A stretch of DNA of 46,587 nt from Candidatus Bathyarchaeia archaeon (GCA_050012755.1 JBEKGO010000020.1:1-46587); one strand, 5' to 3'; shown: positions 1-10,129, numbered from the stretch's first letter. A program made the numbers and translations. Notes: generated from the sequence alone by a model not told the origin.

Positions 1-9
1 GGGTTGTTT

Positions 10-132
10 TCAAAACCAGCTTTTTGACCGTATTTCTCTGCAAACTTTGCAAACATTAAATACTGCCTCGCTTTCATAGACAATCTCGGTCTCAGTTGAA
101 CTGCAAGAAGGGCATTCATCGTTAGTTTTCAT
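10..132 (-). CDS. small zinc-ribbon protein (40 aa)
   Basis: Read manually, below the ORF-track cutoff: MKTNDECPSCSSTETEIVYESEAVFNVCKVCREIRSKSWF*, with two CxxC pairs. Confidence 0.55.
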   Translation of the reverse strand: MKTNDECPSCSSTETEIVYESEAVFNVCKVCREIRSKSWF

Positions 133-486
133 TTTTAAACACTTTCTAAAATTTGCTTGCGCCTAATCTTTTGGCGTTTCTTTTGGTTTTTCATTTAGTA
201 TTCTCTTGATGGAAGCTTGTAAAACATGCTTTCGTGTTCCAGTTTTTGCGTGTCTTGGTTAATTCTTTGAGGTTTAAGGAAAATAAGTCTTATGAATCAA
301 GAATATGAATCACGCGTTTTCTCCAAGAAATGTCCGTTCTAGTGCAAGGTGGGGCTTCCTAACATGAGCGCCTCATAAGCTTTCTTTCAAACACAAACAA
401 GATGCTTCTTTTCCAAAACAAATCTGCGTCAAGGAAAACAAGAAAAGAAAAAATTTGAAGGATTTTTGCCGATTTCGGTTTTTCCT

Positions 487-1245
487 TCAATTGAGCTTTC
501 GGATTTTTGGTTGTTCCCGGAAATATCTGAAGCTGACTAGCGTTACAAAAGTCGATAGTACTACGACGACTCCGATGGTTAAAGTTTCTGGAATGGCGCC
601 GGTTACGGTTAGAGTTGAAGTTGCACGGTTTCCGCTTGTATCTATTGCCGTAACGGTGTAGGTTCCAGCAGCCACGTTGGGCACAGTAATGCTAGCTGTG
701 AAAGCACCTGAGGCACTCGTGGTTACGCCGGTAGCAGGAGTCACGTTATACTGATAATAAGTGTAACTGGCAGTAAACACTACAGTATAGCCATCCCATG
801 CCGATGTGGTAGAACGGCCAAATGCGCCTGTTACATAGTTTACAAATGGGTTAAGAGCGTAGGTGCTTGAGCTTGTTAGTGTTCCATCGCCATTATCGGT
901 ATAATCGGATTCTACAACGTTGGAGGATGAGGTAACGGTGCAGTGAAAACTAAAGGAACCTGGTTTGAACGGATAATGATTTGCTATGACTGTAAACGGA
1001 CCAGTACCAGTGGGATTGTCAATGGTATGGTTTTCGCCAGTAACTACTACCTCTTGTCCAAATCCTATGCCCACAGCTTGTGTAGCGCCAAAGCCTGTGC
1101 CTGCAACTGACACTGAAGCGCCTGCCGATTGACTTGCCGGTGTCAACGTTATTGATCCAGCACCTGCCACTACGGACATCATAGCCAAAGACATCACTAA
1201 GAAAGCCGTGATACAGGTGATATACGCTTTTGTTTTGTTTTTCAT
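487..1245 (-). CDS. secreted/surface Ig-like protein with PEF-CTERM-like sorting tail
   Basis: N-terminal signal peptide; Thr/Ser/Gly-rich beta body; C-terminal IPE motif, TM helix and basic tail. Confidence 0.75.
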   Translation of the reverse strand: MKNKTKAYITCITAFLVMSLAMMSVVAGAGSITLTPASQSAGASVSVAGTGFGATQAVGIGFGQEVVVTGENHTIDNPTGTGPFTVIANHYPFKPGSFSFHCTVTSSSNVVESDYTDNGDGTLTSSSTYALNPFVNYVTGAFGRSTTSAWDGYTVVFTASYTYYQYNVTPATGVTTSASGAFTASITVPNVAAGTYTVTAIDTSGNRATSTLTVTGAIPETLTIGVVVVLSTFVTLVSFRYFREQPKIRKLN

Positions 1246-1387
1246 TTTTTCGCCTCTTCAAATGATTTTAAAGTAGATATTGTTTGGGTATGAATTTAAG
1301 ATTTGCTAGCCCGATAACTTGCTCACAGCGCATCATAATCGTCTTGACCGAACGTTTGTAGGATTAATTATAGCAGAAATAATTCAG

Positions 1388-2254
1388 TTATGTCAGTGAA
1401 ATTAAAGCTAACCCCGCTATTATCGCTATTACCCCGATTTTTTGATTGCTAACGATCTTTTCTTTCAAGAAGAAATATGCAAGCACCACGGTCACCGCTG
1501 GATATGTCGCCGCTACTGGACCTACTATTGACAAGAATGCGGTTGATATGCTAAAGTTAAATGCTACAAATCCCAGAAGATCAAGCAACCCTGCTGCCGC
1601 AATAAAAATGAAGATCAATCGGGTAGGAAACGAAATTCTTGTTTTGCTGATTTTTGTGTAGGAGAATAGAATTGTGATTGCGGTTATTCTAAGAAATAGA
1701 AGTGCAATGATTGGTCCAAACGAGAGAGCGATTGGTCTTAAAAGAGTGTAGGTTATTCCCCAAGCAACCATTGATATTAAACCGTCTGAAACACCGCTTG
1801 ATCTTCCCAGATGGATGCTTTTTTTCAATTCCGCGAAATTTGTGGATGCACAGAATATTCCAATAAACACGGTAATTATGCCAGCGATTTGCAGAAGCGT
1901 AAGTGTTTCTTGAAAAAGAAAAACAGCCAGAACTGTGGTTATGACTGACCAACTTGCAGATATCGGAGAAACCACTGATACGTTGCCCTTTTGAAAGCCC
2001 CTGTAGAGGAAAATATAGGCGATTATTCCCAAAATTCCTGCTGAAACAGTTATTAAAACTAGCTCGGCGGATAGAGGCGGCGACTTGAAGAATATGATTG
2101 ATAAGATGAGGAGAGGAACGAAGGCCACTAATTGATTGAGGAGTAAAGATGTTTTGTATCCAACTTTGTCTATGGCTTTTTTTGCGAAGAAATCAGCTGT
2201 GCCCCAACTCAACATTGCAGTTATCGCAAAGAGGATTCCAACCGCCAAAGCCAT
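1388..2254 (-). CDS. EamA/DMT family transporter
   Basis: About 10 TM helices in two repeats, each ending in an (F)L(Q/K)E motif. Confidence 0.9.
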   Translation of the reverse strand: MALAVGILFAITAMLSWGTADFFAKKAIDKVGYKTSLLLNQLVAFVPLLILSIIFFKSPPLSAELVLITVSAGILGIIAYIFLYRGFQKGNVSVVSPISASWSVITTVLAVFLFQETLTLLQIAGIITVFIGIFCASTNFAELKKSIHLGRSSGVSDGLISMVAWGITYTLLRPIALSFGPIIALLFLRITAITILFSYTKISKTRISFPTRLIFIFIAAAGLLDLLGFVAFNFSISTAFLSIVGPVAATYPAVTVVLAYFFLKEKIVSNQKIGVIAIIAGLALISLT

Positions 2255-2405
2255 GTCGTCTGAACCTAACTAAAACATGATTTATTTGACTGGAATTTAA
2301 GCTTAAAACAGACAACTTAGATTATGTAAGCCGTAATACACATACTCTACCGGCTTTTCTAATTTGTTGAATTGTTGGCTCTAAAAGCGAACTTGTTTTC
2401 GAGCG

Positions 2406-3380
2406 CTAAATTCCAACAACGTAAACTCTTAGAGCCAAAACAGGCAAAACGGTCACACCAAACAGTATAGAGGATAATGTCATAACCTTCAAAGCCCTAT
2501 TAATGTGGTCTGGCGATATTCCGTGGTCGTCGCCCAAAGTATAGTAACCTTGCTTTTCCAATTGAGTATTCAACGCGCCTGCCATAGCGGAAATTGTCCA
2601 GCCTGCGTTAATGCTGGCAGTTTTGTTGTGGTCTCTTTCTAGAATGCGCCTTGATTCACGCCAGTTTTCCTTCAAAAGAAATGATGCGGCAACCATCAGG
2701 TAAGCTGTTAATCGGGCAGGGATATAGTTGGTTATTGTGTCAAGTTTTGCGCTAAACCAGCCGATGTTTTTGTTTTCGACGTTTTTGTAGCCGACCATCG
2801 AATCCAACGTGTTGACTGCGCGGTAAGCAAATGCGCCTGGCACGCCGAACATGGCGAAGAAGAAGAATGGGGCGGTTACGCCGTCTGTTGTGCTTTCGGC
2901 AATCGATTCTACAGCTGCAGAAATAATTTGTCTTTCACTTAACGTGTTTGGATCTCGTCTGACGATGAAGGGTAGCCATTTGCGGGCTTCTGCCAAATCG
3001 TTCTTCTTGAGAGCCAAAGCGATGGGTTTTGTATAATGACCCATGCCTTTTATTGCGAAAGTAGCTTTGAACAAAACTGCTCCAACAATAATGTAGGCTA
3101 TTTGTCCATAGAGTCCAAAGGATTCTCTAAGCCAGAAAAGCAGCACAAACACAGGGAGCGCCACAATCAGGATTACGATTATGGCAAAGAGCACGCCGTT
3201 TGCTTTTTCAATTCGCGGGTTTGGGTTTTTTATTTTGGGTTTGAGGTAAGTTATTATTTTGCCTATTGCAATTGTTGGATGAATTTTATCAGGGTATTCG
3301 CCTAAGATTGCATCTATTAGAAAGGCGATGAGAAAAATGAGGGCAGAATCAATAAACCAGGAGAAATCAAAAGCAAACAT
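2406..3380 (-). CDS. cbiB: adenosylcobinamide-phosphate synthase CbiB
   Basis: GEYP..HP, ES.AES..DG..AP, YRAVNTLDSMVGYKN and N.IPARL motifs. Confidence 0.93.
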   Translation of the reverse strand: MFAFDFSWFIDSALIFLIAFLIDAILGEYPDKIHPTIAIGKIITYLKPKIKNPNPRIEKANGVLFAIIVILIVALPVFVLLFWLRESFGLYGQIAYIIVGAVLFKATFAIKGMGHYTKPIALALKKNDLAEARKWLPFIVRRDPNTLSERQIISAAVESIAESTTDGVTAPFFFFAMFGVPGAFAYRAVNTLDSMVGYKNVENKNIGWFSAKLDTITNYIPARLTAYLMVAASFLLKENWRESRRILERDHNKTASINAGWTISAMAGALNTQLEKQGYYTLGDDHGISPDHINRALKVMTLSSILFGVTVLPVLALRVYVVGI

Positions 3381-3399
3381 AAGTCAATATCAAACCGCG

Positions 3400-4530
3400 C
3401 TAGTTTTTCACTATCCGCTTCAGAACTTCAATCAACCGCTCATTCTCCACCCGAGTTTTAACTGCTATGCGAACAAAATATTGGTCAACTCCTCTAAAAG
3501 AGGTGCAATCTCGAATTAAAATGCCCTGACTCAAAAGCTTACTTGTTAACTTAGCTGCTGTTAAGCCAGATTTCTTGACGTTAATGAAGAAAAAGTTGGC
3601 GTCTGCAGGATAAATCTTGAAAGAACTAATTTTAATTAATTCCCTCAGCAGTTGTGCTTTTTCTTTTTTTATAAGATCCCTCGTTATCTGCAAATGTTGC
3701 TCATCTTTCAATGCGGCAACAGCAGCGGCCTGTGCTAGACAGTTAACATTCCAAGGAATCTTCGCACATGACAGAAGATTAATAATTTCGGGGGAGGCAA
3801 TTCCGTAGCCGATGCGTAAACCTGTTAAACCAAAAATTTTGGTAAACGACCGTAAAATAAACAAATTGGGATATTTCGTGATTTTGTTAATCATCGATAG
3901 GGCTTTTTCGTTTTCTACGAACTCCAAAAAATCCTCGTCCAAAAAAACAAGCGTATTCTCCTTCATTGCACGCTCAATTATTTCTGTTATTGCGTCTGTT
4001 GAGATGAGCATGCTTGTTGGATTGTTTGGGTTACACAGAAAAACAAGCTTCGCCCCCGCCATTTCACGCAAAAGAATAGAGAACTCAATATTGAAATTGC
4101 TGTTTAGCTTAACAAATTTGGGTGTTTCGCCTGCTTTCCTAACCGCACTCTCGTATTCGCCAAATGTTGGGGCAGGAATAATTACTTTGTCGCCTTTATT
4201 TAGAAATGTTTCAGCGAACAGATACATAAGTTCCGTTGAACCGTTTCCAACAATAACGTTGCCTTTGGTCAATCCGTTGAAATGGCTGGCGATAGCCTGT
4301 CGTAACTCGGTAGAATTCGAATCGGGGTAAGCGGCGATTTGGCTGAAGGCTTTTTTTGCTGCTTCAAGCGCCTTTTTTGATGGACCCAAAGGATTGACGC
4401 TTGAGCTAAAATCCAAAATTTCTTCTCGCGTAAACCCGCTTTTGCCTGCTGCATCTAAGACCTCTCCGCCGTGTACACATGGCTTGAGCTTCTTTATGCC
4501 GTCTCTGACTAAATTCTCTACAGGCTTCAT
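3400..4530 (-). CDS. cobD: L-threonine-O-3-phosphate decarboxylase (PLP class I/II, HisC-like)
   Basis: HGG, DFSSSVNPLG, GNGSTE, CNPNNPT and RSFTKIFGLTGLRIGY motifs; directly upstream of cbiB. Confidence 0.82.
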   Translation of the reverse strand: MKPVENLVRDGIKKLKPCVHGGEVLDAAGKSGFTREEILDFSSSVNPLGPSKKALEAAKKAFSQIAAYPDSNSTELRQAIASHFNGLTKGNVIVGNGSTELMYLFAETFLNKGDKVIIPAPTFGEYESAVRKAGETPKFVKLNSNFNIEFSILLREMAGAKLVFLCNPNNPTSMLISTDAITEIIERAMKENTLVFLDEDFLEFVENEKALSMINKITKYPNLFILRSFTKIFGLTGLRIGYGIASPEIINLLSCAKIPWNVNCLAQAAAVAALKDEQHLQITRDLIKKEKAQLLRELIKISSFKIYPADANFFFINVKKSGLTAAKLTSKLLSQGILIRDCTSFRGVDQYFVRIAVKTRVENERLIEVLKRIVKN

Positions 4531-4796
4531 TTAGCTTCAATCCTTCAGCTACGAGGCTGAAATGCTGAGGTTTCTCTTTAACGTAAATGATATAAATGTT
4601 TGGTTGGGCGGTTTATCCAAAAATCAAAAACACTACTCAAACTCTACATAATATTCCGAGAAGAAAATTATCAACTTGCTAGCTACTTGCGGGATGAAAA
4701 GAATAACTTGATTCCAAGAATATCCTTTGTGGGGTTTTGATCATACTCATTGGAAATGAGTTTGACTTATATTCACATCTTCCTTGTATTTCATTC

Positions 4797-5303
4797 ATGA
4801 AAAAACTCTGGCTGCTCTTAGCATTAATTGTAATCTTGACGGCCCAAGTTGCAGTTGTAGCTTCATTTCGCACTATCAATGTTGACGCTTATGCAAATGG
4901 TCTTACAGCTGTAGTCATCTCAAAAGCTTCCTATGCTAATCTCAGAGTGGAAATTGACATAATCCCCCAAGTTTACAATGGACAATCTAATACAACGTTA
5001 ATATTCCCAAACGGCACGCAAACCGAGATACCTGCAGTTGCTCACTACAAATTCTCAGTAAAATTATCCAGCAATGGACCCTCTTATGGAAGCTTCGCAA
5101 TTCAAGGTTTAGGAATCAATCTTTCTGACAATCATCCAATAGATGCAGAATTCGTATCAAACAGCACCGACTTCCAACGCCTTCTCTCCTTAAATCAATT
5201 CCCAGAAACTTTTCCAGGATTTGACTCGAGAATTTCGGTTTATTGGTTTCTTATTGAAGGAAACGCGCAGGTAAGTGTTCAGGGATATGGTGTTGGACTT
5301 TGA
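4797..5303 (+). CDS. hypothetical secreted protein
   Basis: Probable start MKKLWLLLAL (signal peptide) within ORF 4737..5303; overlaps the next gene by 4 nt. Confidence 0.65.
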   Translation: MKKLWLLLALIVILTAQVAVVASFRTINVDAYANGLTAVVISKASYANLRVEIDIIPQVYNGQSNTTLIFPNGTQTEIPAVAHYKFSVKLSSNGPSYGSFAIQGLGINLSDNHPIDAEFVSNSTDFQRLLSLNQFPETFPGFDSRISVYWFLIEGNAQVSVQGYGVGL

Positions 5304-5968
5304 CAGAGGAGAACCTTAACAGCAAAATGGTCGAGTTCATGAATGCGTTGGATCGGGTTAAAGCTTACAAAGAATTCGCCAATGCGATGGCGGATTTTGT
5401 TATAATTTTTGTGGCTTCATTAGTTGCTTCAGAGGCAGTAAACATTGCCATTAACTTCCTGGACGTTTTTTATGGGGATAGCTTTGTTTATCCAGGAAAT
5501 TCAGTTGTGCTTCCTTTTTACAGTGTTACAATTCTTTTCTTCGGAGTGATTATTGGAGCTTTATGGGTTCGAAGAAAACTGAACTCCGTTGAAATTATGC
5601 AGTGGAAAAGCACATTGAACGAGGGAACTCCAGGCGCATTAAGACTACTGCAAGAAACAAACTGGGAAAAAACCTTTAATGATATAAGGTTCGCCAAACT
5701 CGGATTCGCAGTTTATGGAGCTGTGAAAATAATAGCTTACTGGATATTGGCTTCTATTTTGTTTGGTTTTTTGTCGGGGGTCATGGGAAATATTGCACAT
5801 CTGAGCCTTGACCCAATTTCGCTTTTGGTGATTCCTCTTGTTCTTGTTTTGGTATTAAGCATGAAGGATCTTCGCTATCGTTTTGACCAGGTTGGGCGTC
5901 TTGATTCGCTTTTGTGGGAGCTTCGGTGGTTTGACAGTGAATTCAGGAGAGCCGATTTCAAAGCCTGA
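5300..5968 (+). CDS. hypothetical 4-TM membrane protein
   Basis: Four hydrophobic segments; coupled to both neighbours. Confidence 0.7.
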   Translation: MTEENLNSKMVEFMNALDRVKAYKEFANAMADFVIIFVASLVASEAVNIAINFLDVFYGDSFVYPGNSVVLPFYSVTILFFGVIIGALWVRRKLNSVEIMQWKSTLNEGTPGALRLLQETNWEKTFNDIRFAKLGFAVYGAVKIIAYWILASILFGFLSGVMGNIAHLSLDPISLLVIPLVLVLVLSMKDLRYRFDQVGRLDSLLWELRWFDSEFRRADFKA

Positions 5969-6224
5969 TCTCTATGTCCTGGCAAGGGTAATTAAGACCC
6001 TCAAAGACCACGGCAGAACGAACAAAACTGCACTAGCCACAGCTACGGGTATGTCTTATGATCGGCTTGTAAAGTACCTTGTTTGGATGTCGAATAAAGG
6101 ATTAGTTGAATTCGATTCAAACGATGATGTTTTCCTGACAAAACTTGGAGTAGACACCTATGATGAGCTTGTGAAGTGGATTCTCCAGTATGTTGGAAAG
6201 GTTAAATTTCCCAAATTCAAATGA
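5883..6224 (+). CDS. winged helix-turn-helix regulator (true start probably about 5937)
   Basis: KTALATATGMSYDRLVKYL..M..KGLV and LTKLG wHTH pattern. Confidence 0.8.
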   Translation: MTRLGVLIRFCGSFGGLTVNSGEPISKPDLYVLARVIKTLKDHGRTNKTALATATGMSYDRLVKYLVWMSNKGLVEFDSNDDVFLTKLGVDTYDELVKWILQYVGKVKFPKFK

Positions 6225-6359
6225 TTTCGACCCTTTTTGGGACAAAATCCCGAGTCAATTTATCTGCCTTTGGGTTTGTGGGTTCAATCTTAATAAAAGA
6301 GCCTGAGAATATTCAAATGAACGATTTATTGAAAAATTGCGAACACGAAGGAAGATTCT

Positions 6360-6551
6360 ATGAGTGAGAAATTTGACAAGCAACATAAAGCAAAAGAACT
6401 GAAAGACATGATCCAAAATAGAAAGCCAAGCGAATCAGTAGAGGAAGTTCTAATCAAATACTGTCAACGCCATGGAATCTCAGTAGATGACTGCCGCAAT
6501 TATTACGACAAATTGGTTAAAGCAGGCAAAATTAAAGAAAATAACGTTTAA
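6360..6551 (+). CDS. small hypothetical protein
   Basis: 63-aa ORF with plausible codon usage and an upstream AT-rich promoter region. Confidence 0.65.
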   Translation: MSEKFDKQHKAKELKDMIQNRKPSESVEEVLIKYCQRHGISVDDCRNYYDKLVKAGKIKENNV

Positions 6552-6587
6552 GTTGTAACCCCCGAATTACTTACACGGGTTCAACAG

Positions 6588-7385
6588 TTGAATGAACTTA
6601 TCTTCGTAGGCTTAGGATTAAACGATGAAAAAGGCATCAGCATCAAAGGATTAGATGAGACCAAGAGTGCAGACAGCGTTTTCATGGAGCTCTACACCAG
6701 CCTCATGCCTGACTTTAGCATGCAACGTTTCGAATCCTTGTGCGGCAAAAAAATCACATTAGTTTCTAGACGTGAATTAGAAGAAGAAAATGGATCGGCA
6801 ATTCTTGAAGCCGCCAAGAAAGGCAAAGTAGTGTTTCTTGTTTCAGGTGACCCTTTTATTGCCACAACTCATGTTACTTTGCGGGTTGACGCGGAGAAGC
6901 AGGGAATCAAAACCAAAATTATCCATGGCACATCAATAATTTCAGCCATAGTCAGCTTGTCGGGACTGCACAACTATAAATTTGGAAAAACAGTCACCAT
7001 ACCTTTTCCCGAAAATTTTTCTGAAACACCCTACAATGTTATTGCTCAAAACAAGAATTTTGGTTTGCATACACTTTGCCTTTTAGATTTGAAAGCCAAC
7101 GAAAAACATTTTTTGAGCATCAACCAAGCCATCGCAATGTTACTTGAAGTAGAAAAGAAGAAAAAGCAAGGCATCGCCACCCCGGACACGCCTGCAGTTG
7201 GTATAGCACGGGCAGGAAGCGACAACCCAACTCTGAAAGCGGGTTTTCTCAAAGATTTAGCCATCTATGATTTTGGTGAGCCGCCTTTTAGCTTGATTTT
7301 TCCCGGTGAGATGCATTTTATGGAAGTTGATTCCTTGATTGCTTTTGCTGGTGCACCGGCGGAGTTTAGGAGGTTTACCAAATGA
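6588..7385 (+). CDS. dph5: diphthine synthase
   Basis: FVGLGL, ELYTS, GDPFIATTH, GLHNYKFGKTVT, GLHTLCLLD and HFME motifs. Confidence 0.95.
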   Translation: MNELIFVGLGLNDEKGISIKGLDETKSADSVFMELYTSLMPDFSMQRFESLCGKKITLVSRRELEEENGSAILEAAKKGKVVFLVSGDPFIATTHVTLRVDAEKQGIKTKIIHGTSIISAIVSLSGLHNYKFGKTVTIPFPENFSETPYNVIAQNKNFGLHTLCLLDLKANEKHFLSINQAIAMLLEVEKKKKQGIATPDTPAVGIARAGSDNPTLKAGFLKDLAIYDFGEPPFSLIFPGEMHFMEVDSLIAFAGAPAEFRRFTK

Positions 7386-7669
7386 GTTTAGAAACGCTCG
7401 CTTCGAAGTACATTTCTTCAGCAGAAAAGGTTCTGAAAGACCTTGAACGATCAAAAGTCCAAATTAGCCTAACAGAGGACGCGGTTGGCAACATTTTGCG
7501 TTGGGCAATAGATTATTTGGAGGACGCAAAGTATTATAAAGCTCAAGGCAAGCTTGAAACAAGCCTAACCTCTGTAGCCTACTGTGAAGGGCTCTTGGAC
7601 GCGTTAAGATTATTGGGTGCTGTGAAATTCGAATGGCCAACAAATCAGGAAAGAAAACCGTTGTCTTAG
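7382..7669 (+). CDS. DUF357 family protein
   Basis: YLEDAKYY...YCEGLLDA motif; commonly found next to dph5. Confidence 0.85.
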   Translation: MSLETLASKYISSAEKVLKDLERSKVQISLTEDAVGNILRWAIDYLEDAKYYKAQGKLETSLTSVAYCEGLLDALRLLGAVKFEWPTNQERKPLS

Positions 7670-8094
7670 CTTCAGGCGTTTTTGATCTGCTTCATCTGGG
7701 GCATGTCAGGTTTTTGGAGGAAGCCAAGAAGGCAGGCGGGGAAAACGCGGAGCTCGTAGTTATTATTGCGAGAGATAGCACAGTTGAGAAGACAAAAGGC
7801 AGAAAACCAATAATGTCTGAGGATCAACGTTGTTCATTGGTTGAATCTTTGAAGGTTGTTGATAGAACGGTTCTTGGTTATGAGAGTCTTGATATCGGTG
7901 AAGTTATTGAAAACATAAAGCCAGACGTAATTGCGCTAGGATATGATCAAGAGGATATGTATAGGCAGGTTAGGACTTACTTGGATATGCACAAGTCGAA
8001 CGTTAAGATTGTTAGAATAGGCAAGTTTGGAGAGAATACTTTAGATAGTTCCTCGAAGATAAAACAGAAAATAATCGATAAACTCTCCAAATAA
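7633..8094 (+). CDS. ribL: archaeal FAD synthase (cytidylyltransferase family)
   Basis: GVFDLLHLGH (HxGH), ARD, PDVIALGYDQ and SSSKI motifs; near riboflavin kinase. Confidence 0.88.
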   Translation: MANKSGKKTVVLASGVFDLLHLGHVRFLEEAKKAGGENAELVVIIARDSTVEKTKGRKPIMSEDQRCSLVESLKVVDRTVLGYESLDIGEVIENIKPDVIALGYDQEDMYRQVRTYLDMHKSNVKIVRIGKFGENTLDSSSKIKQKIIDKLSK

Positions 8095-8108
8095 ACCGGT
8101 TATAGCAC

Positions 8109-8714
8109 ATGAACTGTACCAAGTACAAGCCCACCTACATCCTAATCGCATTAAACGTTGCCATCTACATTTATGGAGCAATTGTAGGCGGAGATGCTTT
8201 GACCACTGGCAACAACGTCATTTATCAGTGGGGGCAAGTGAACCTTTTCGTTTTTCAAGGTGCATATTATCAACTTTTCACTTCAATGTTCATTCATGCC
8301 TCAATAGTTCACCTCGTCGGCAACATGCTATTCCTCTTTCTATTCGGTTTAAGAGGAGAAGAAATGTTTTCGCTTCCAGAATTCTTAGGAATCTATCTTA
8401 TCGGCGGTTTGGTAGGCAATCTTCTTTCTCTTTCTTTCGGACCACTGTTTGTTTCAGTTGGAGCTTCAGGCGCAATTTTCGCTTTGTTTGGTGCAGTAGT
8501 GATTTATGCTAGACGCTCCGTTCGGCAATCTATTCTTGGAGCATTAGTTTATGCGTTCTTTCTGTTTTTTATCAATACAGGTGAAGGCGTTAACATTTTG
8601 GCTCATTTGGGTGGCTTAGGTTTTGGTTTGCTCGTTGGTTATTGGTTGGGTACAAGACGTAAACCGCAGGAGCAGTACTCTGTTAAGTACTCTCCTAATT
8701 CTATGCCGTTTTAA
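8109..8714 (+). CDS. rhomboid intramembrane serine protease
   Basis: H..GNM, GASG and AHLGG motifs. Confidence 0.92.
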   Translation: MNCTKYKPTYILIALNVAIYIYGAIVGGDALTTGNNVIYQWGQVNLFVFQGAYYQLFTSMFIHASIVHLVGNMLFLFLFGLRGEEMFSLPEFLGIYLIGGLVGNLLSLSFGPLFVSVGASGAIFALFGAVVIYARRSVRQSILGALVYAFFLFFINTGEGVNILAHLGGLGFGLLVGYWLGTRRKPQEQYSVKYSPNSMPF

Positions 8715-8716
8715 AA

Positions 8717-9421
8717 CTAGGGCTGGATGTAGATTTCCACTTTCACTTTGTTGCCGTCTTTCAGGTTTAATTGTTTTCTGAGGCAGACAGGCGCAATTAT
8801 TTCCAGAACTGAAACGTCATAGTGGCTGCGGAGTGCAGTTATCAGGGCTCCTTTTACCTTGTTGTCGACGGTAGCAGGGTAACATTTCACTAAACCGAAG
8901 GTTCGGTCTTCATTCTTGAAGCCGGGAATTTCGATAGCTGGGTAGGCTTCTATTTCCATCCTTGTCTTAATGTCGTAGTCGCTTGACAATTTCAAATTTA
9001 ATGTGCCCGGATAAGGTTCAAACCCTAGTTTTTCAGTTAGCTGTTTCCGATAAGGCTCCTTTGAAATGTAGTAGGCACCTTCACCTAAGCCTGTAAAAAC
9101 AGTTCCTTCAAGGGTTACTGAAGGCGGATAAGATTTCTCCATCAGCAATTTCAGGTTAGAATAAAGTCTCTGAAGTTCCTTGATTCCAGCGTCTTCAATT
9201 CTGATTAAGCTCCCTTCTGGAGTAATATTTCTCTGTATCCAACCTTTCCGCTCAAGATCTATGAGGTAACGGGAAGCTGTCTGCTGTGAAATTCCAAGTT
9301 TTCCCGCTAAGTATTCGGTTGAGATTTTTGCGATTCGTCTGTAAGCACCCATCTCTGCAAGTTTAAGCAGCATGTAGAGGTGTTGCCAATCATGTTTTTC
9401 ACTCAAAGCTTGATTCTCCAA
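8717..9421 (-). CDS. ribK: CTP-dependent riboflavin kinase with N-terminal HTH (RbkR type)
   Basis: N-terminal wHTH (SQQTASR); GLGEGAYY, PYPGTLN and LEIIAP..LR motifs. Confidence 0.92.
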   Translation of the reverse strand: MENQALSEKHDWQHLYMLLKLAEMGAYRRIAKISTEYLAGKLGISQQTASRYLIDLERKGWIQRNITPEGSLIRIEDAGIKELQRLYSNLKLLMEKSYPPSVTLEGTVFTGLGEGAYYISKEPYRKQLTEKLGFEPYPGTLNLKLSSDYDIKTRMEIEAYPAIEIPGFKNEDRTFGLVKCYPATVDNKVKGALITALRSHYDVSVLEIIAPVCLRKQLNLKDGNKVKVEIYIQP

Positions 9422-9537
9422 CAGATTAGGAAATAAGCGGTTGGATATTTAAGCGGCTCGAAAAAATTTACATCATGTTAACCACGGATAGCTAAATCTT
9501 TAGATCGCCATAATATGATTTGAAATAATTCTAAGAA

Positions 9538-9884
9538 ATGAGGGCGAGAAACAGCAGCATGAACGTTTTTAACGAGATGGGCAAATACTGGGCAGAGATA
9601 GCTGACCAAAACTCAACGGATTGTCAAGTAAAATTCGTAAAAAGCACACTAAAGCCAGATGGGCTTGTCTTGGACCTTGCATGTGGCACTGGAAGGCACA
9701 TAATTCCTCTAAGCAAGGAAGGGTACAACATGGTCGGTTTGGATGTGTCATCAAATCTTCTGAGAATAGCGAAGAAACAAGAAGGAGATGTTCAACTGAT
9801 CAAGGCGGATATGCGGTTTTTGCCCTTCGCGGCTGAAGCATTTTCGGCTGCGGTTAGCATGGACACGAGTTTTGGATACTTGCC
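9538..9884 (+). pseudogene. class I SAM methyltransferase, 5' part, interrupted by the integrated element
   Basis: VLDLACGTGRH, GLDVS and ADMRFLPF motifs; the protein ends ...MDTSFGYLP at the att core, then stops 7 codons into the element. Confidence 0.9.
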
Positions 9885-9934
9885 TTACACATCAATCCAA
9901 TCTTAGATTCTTCTTCTGAAATTTTTTCAGTCAT
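9854..9934 (-). pseudogene. int(N): N-terminal fragment of the split integrase
   Basis: ATG at 9934 with upstream GAAGGT SD-like motif; MTEKISEEESKIGLMCKASIQN runs through the att core in the same frame as int(C) on the circle; stops at 9854 in the integrated state. Confidence 0.75.
9867..9884 (+). repeat. attL core GAGTTTTGGATACTTGCC
   Basis: Identical to 14891-14908; the flanking bases differ on both sides. Confidence 0.95.
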
Positions 9935-10068
9935 TGTTTTACCTTCTTGAAGTATTGTTCTAATGCTTGGTTGATTATTTTTGACATGTCGCCTTTGTAT
10001 CTGTTTTGTTCTCTTAGTTTTTTTTCGTTTTCTGGGGTTATGGTGAATGTTAATTTTTTGTTTTCCAT
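9931..10068 (-). CDS. ribbon-helix-helix (CopG-like) regulator, 45 aa
   Basis: Read manually: MENKKLTFTITPENEKKLREQNRYKGDMSKIINQALEQYFKKVKQ*; alternating beta strand followed by a S.II..AL..Y helix; SD GAAGGT; ATGA overlap with int(N). Confidence 0.78.
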   Translation of the reverse strand: MENKKLTFTITPENEKKLREQNRYKGDMSKIINQALEQYFKKVKQ

Positions 10069-10092
10069 TTTGGTTTTACCTTCATTTATTAA

Positions 10093-10129
10093 AGGTATAA
10101 TGTAATAGTGGTATATATGTATTATACCT
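10093..10129. promoter_or_regulatory. putative promoter/operator of the RHH-int operon
   Basis: 9-bp inverted repeat AGGTATAAT / ATTATACCT with a 19-bp spacer containing TATATA (10112-10117). Confidence 0.55.

Noticed and set aside
3400-4530. hisC assignment
   Set aside because: Same fold, but the HGG and DFS..NP motifs and adjacency to cbiB favour CobD.
9867-9884. tRNA gene as the integration target
   Set aside because: No cloverleaf or T-loop GTTCRA around either att copy; the core lies in protein-coding sequence.
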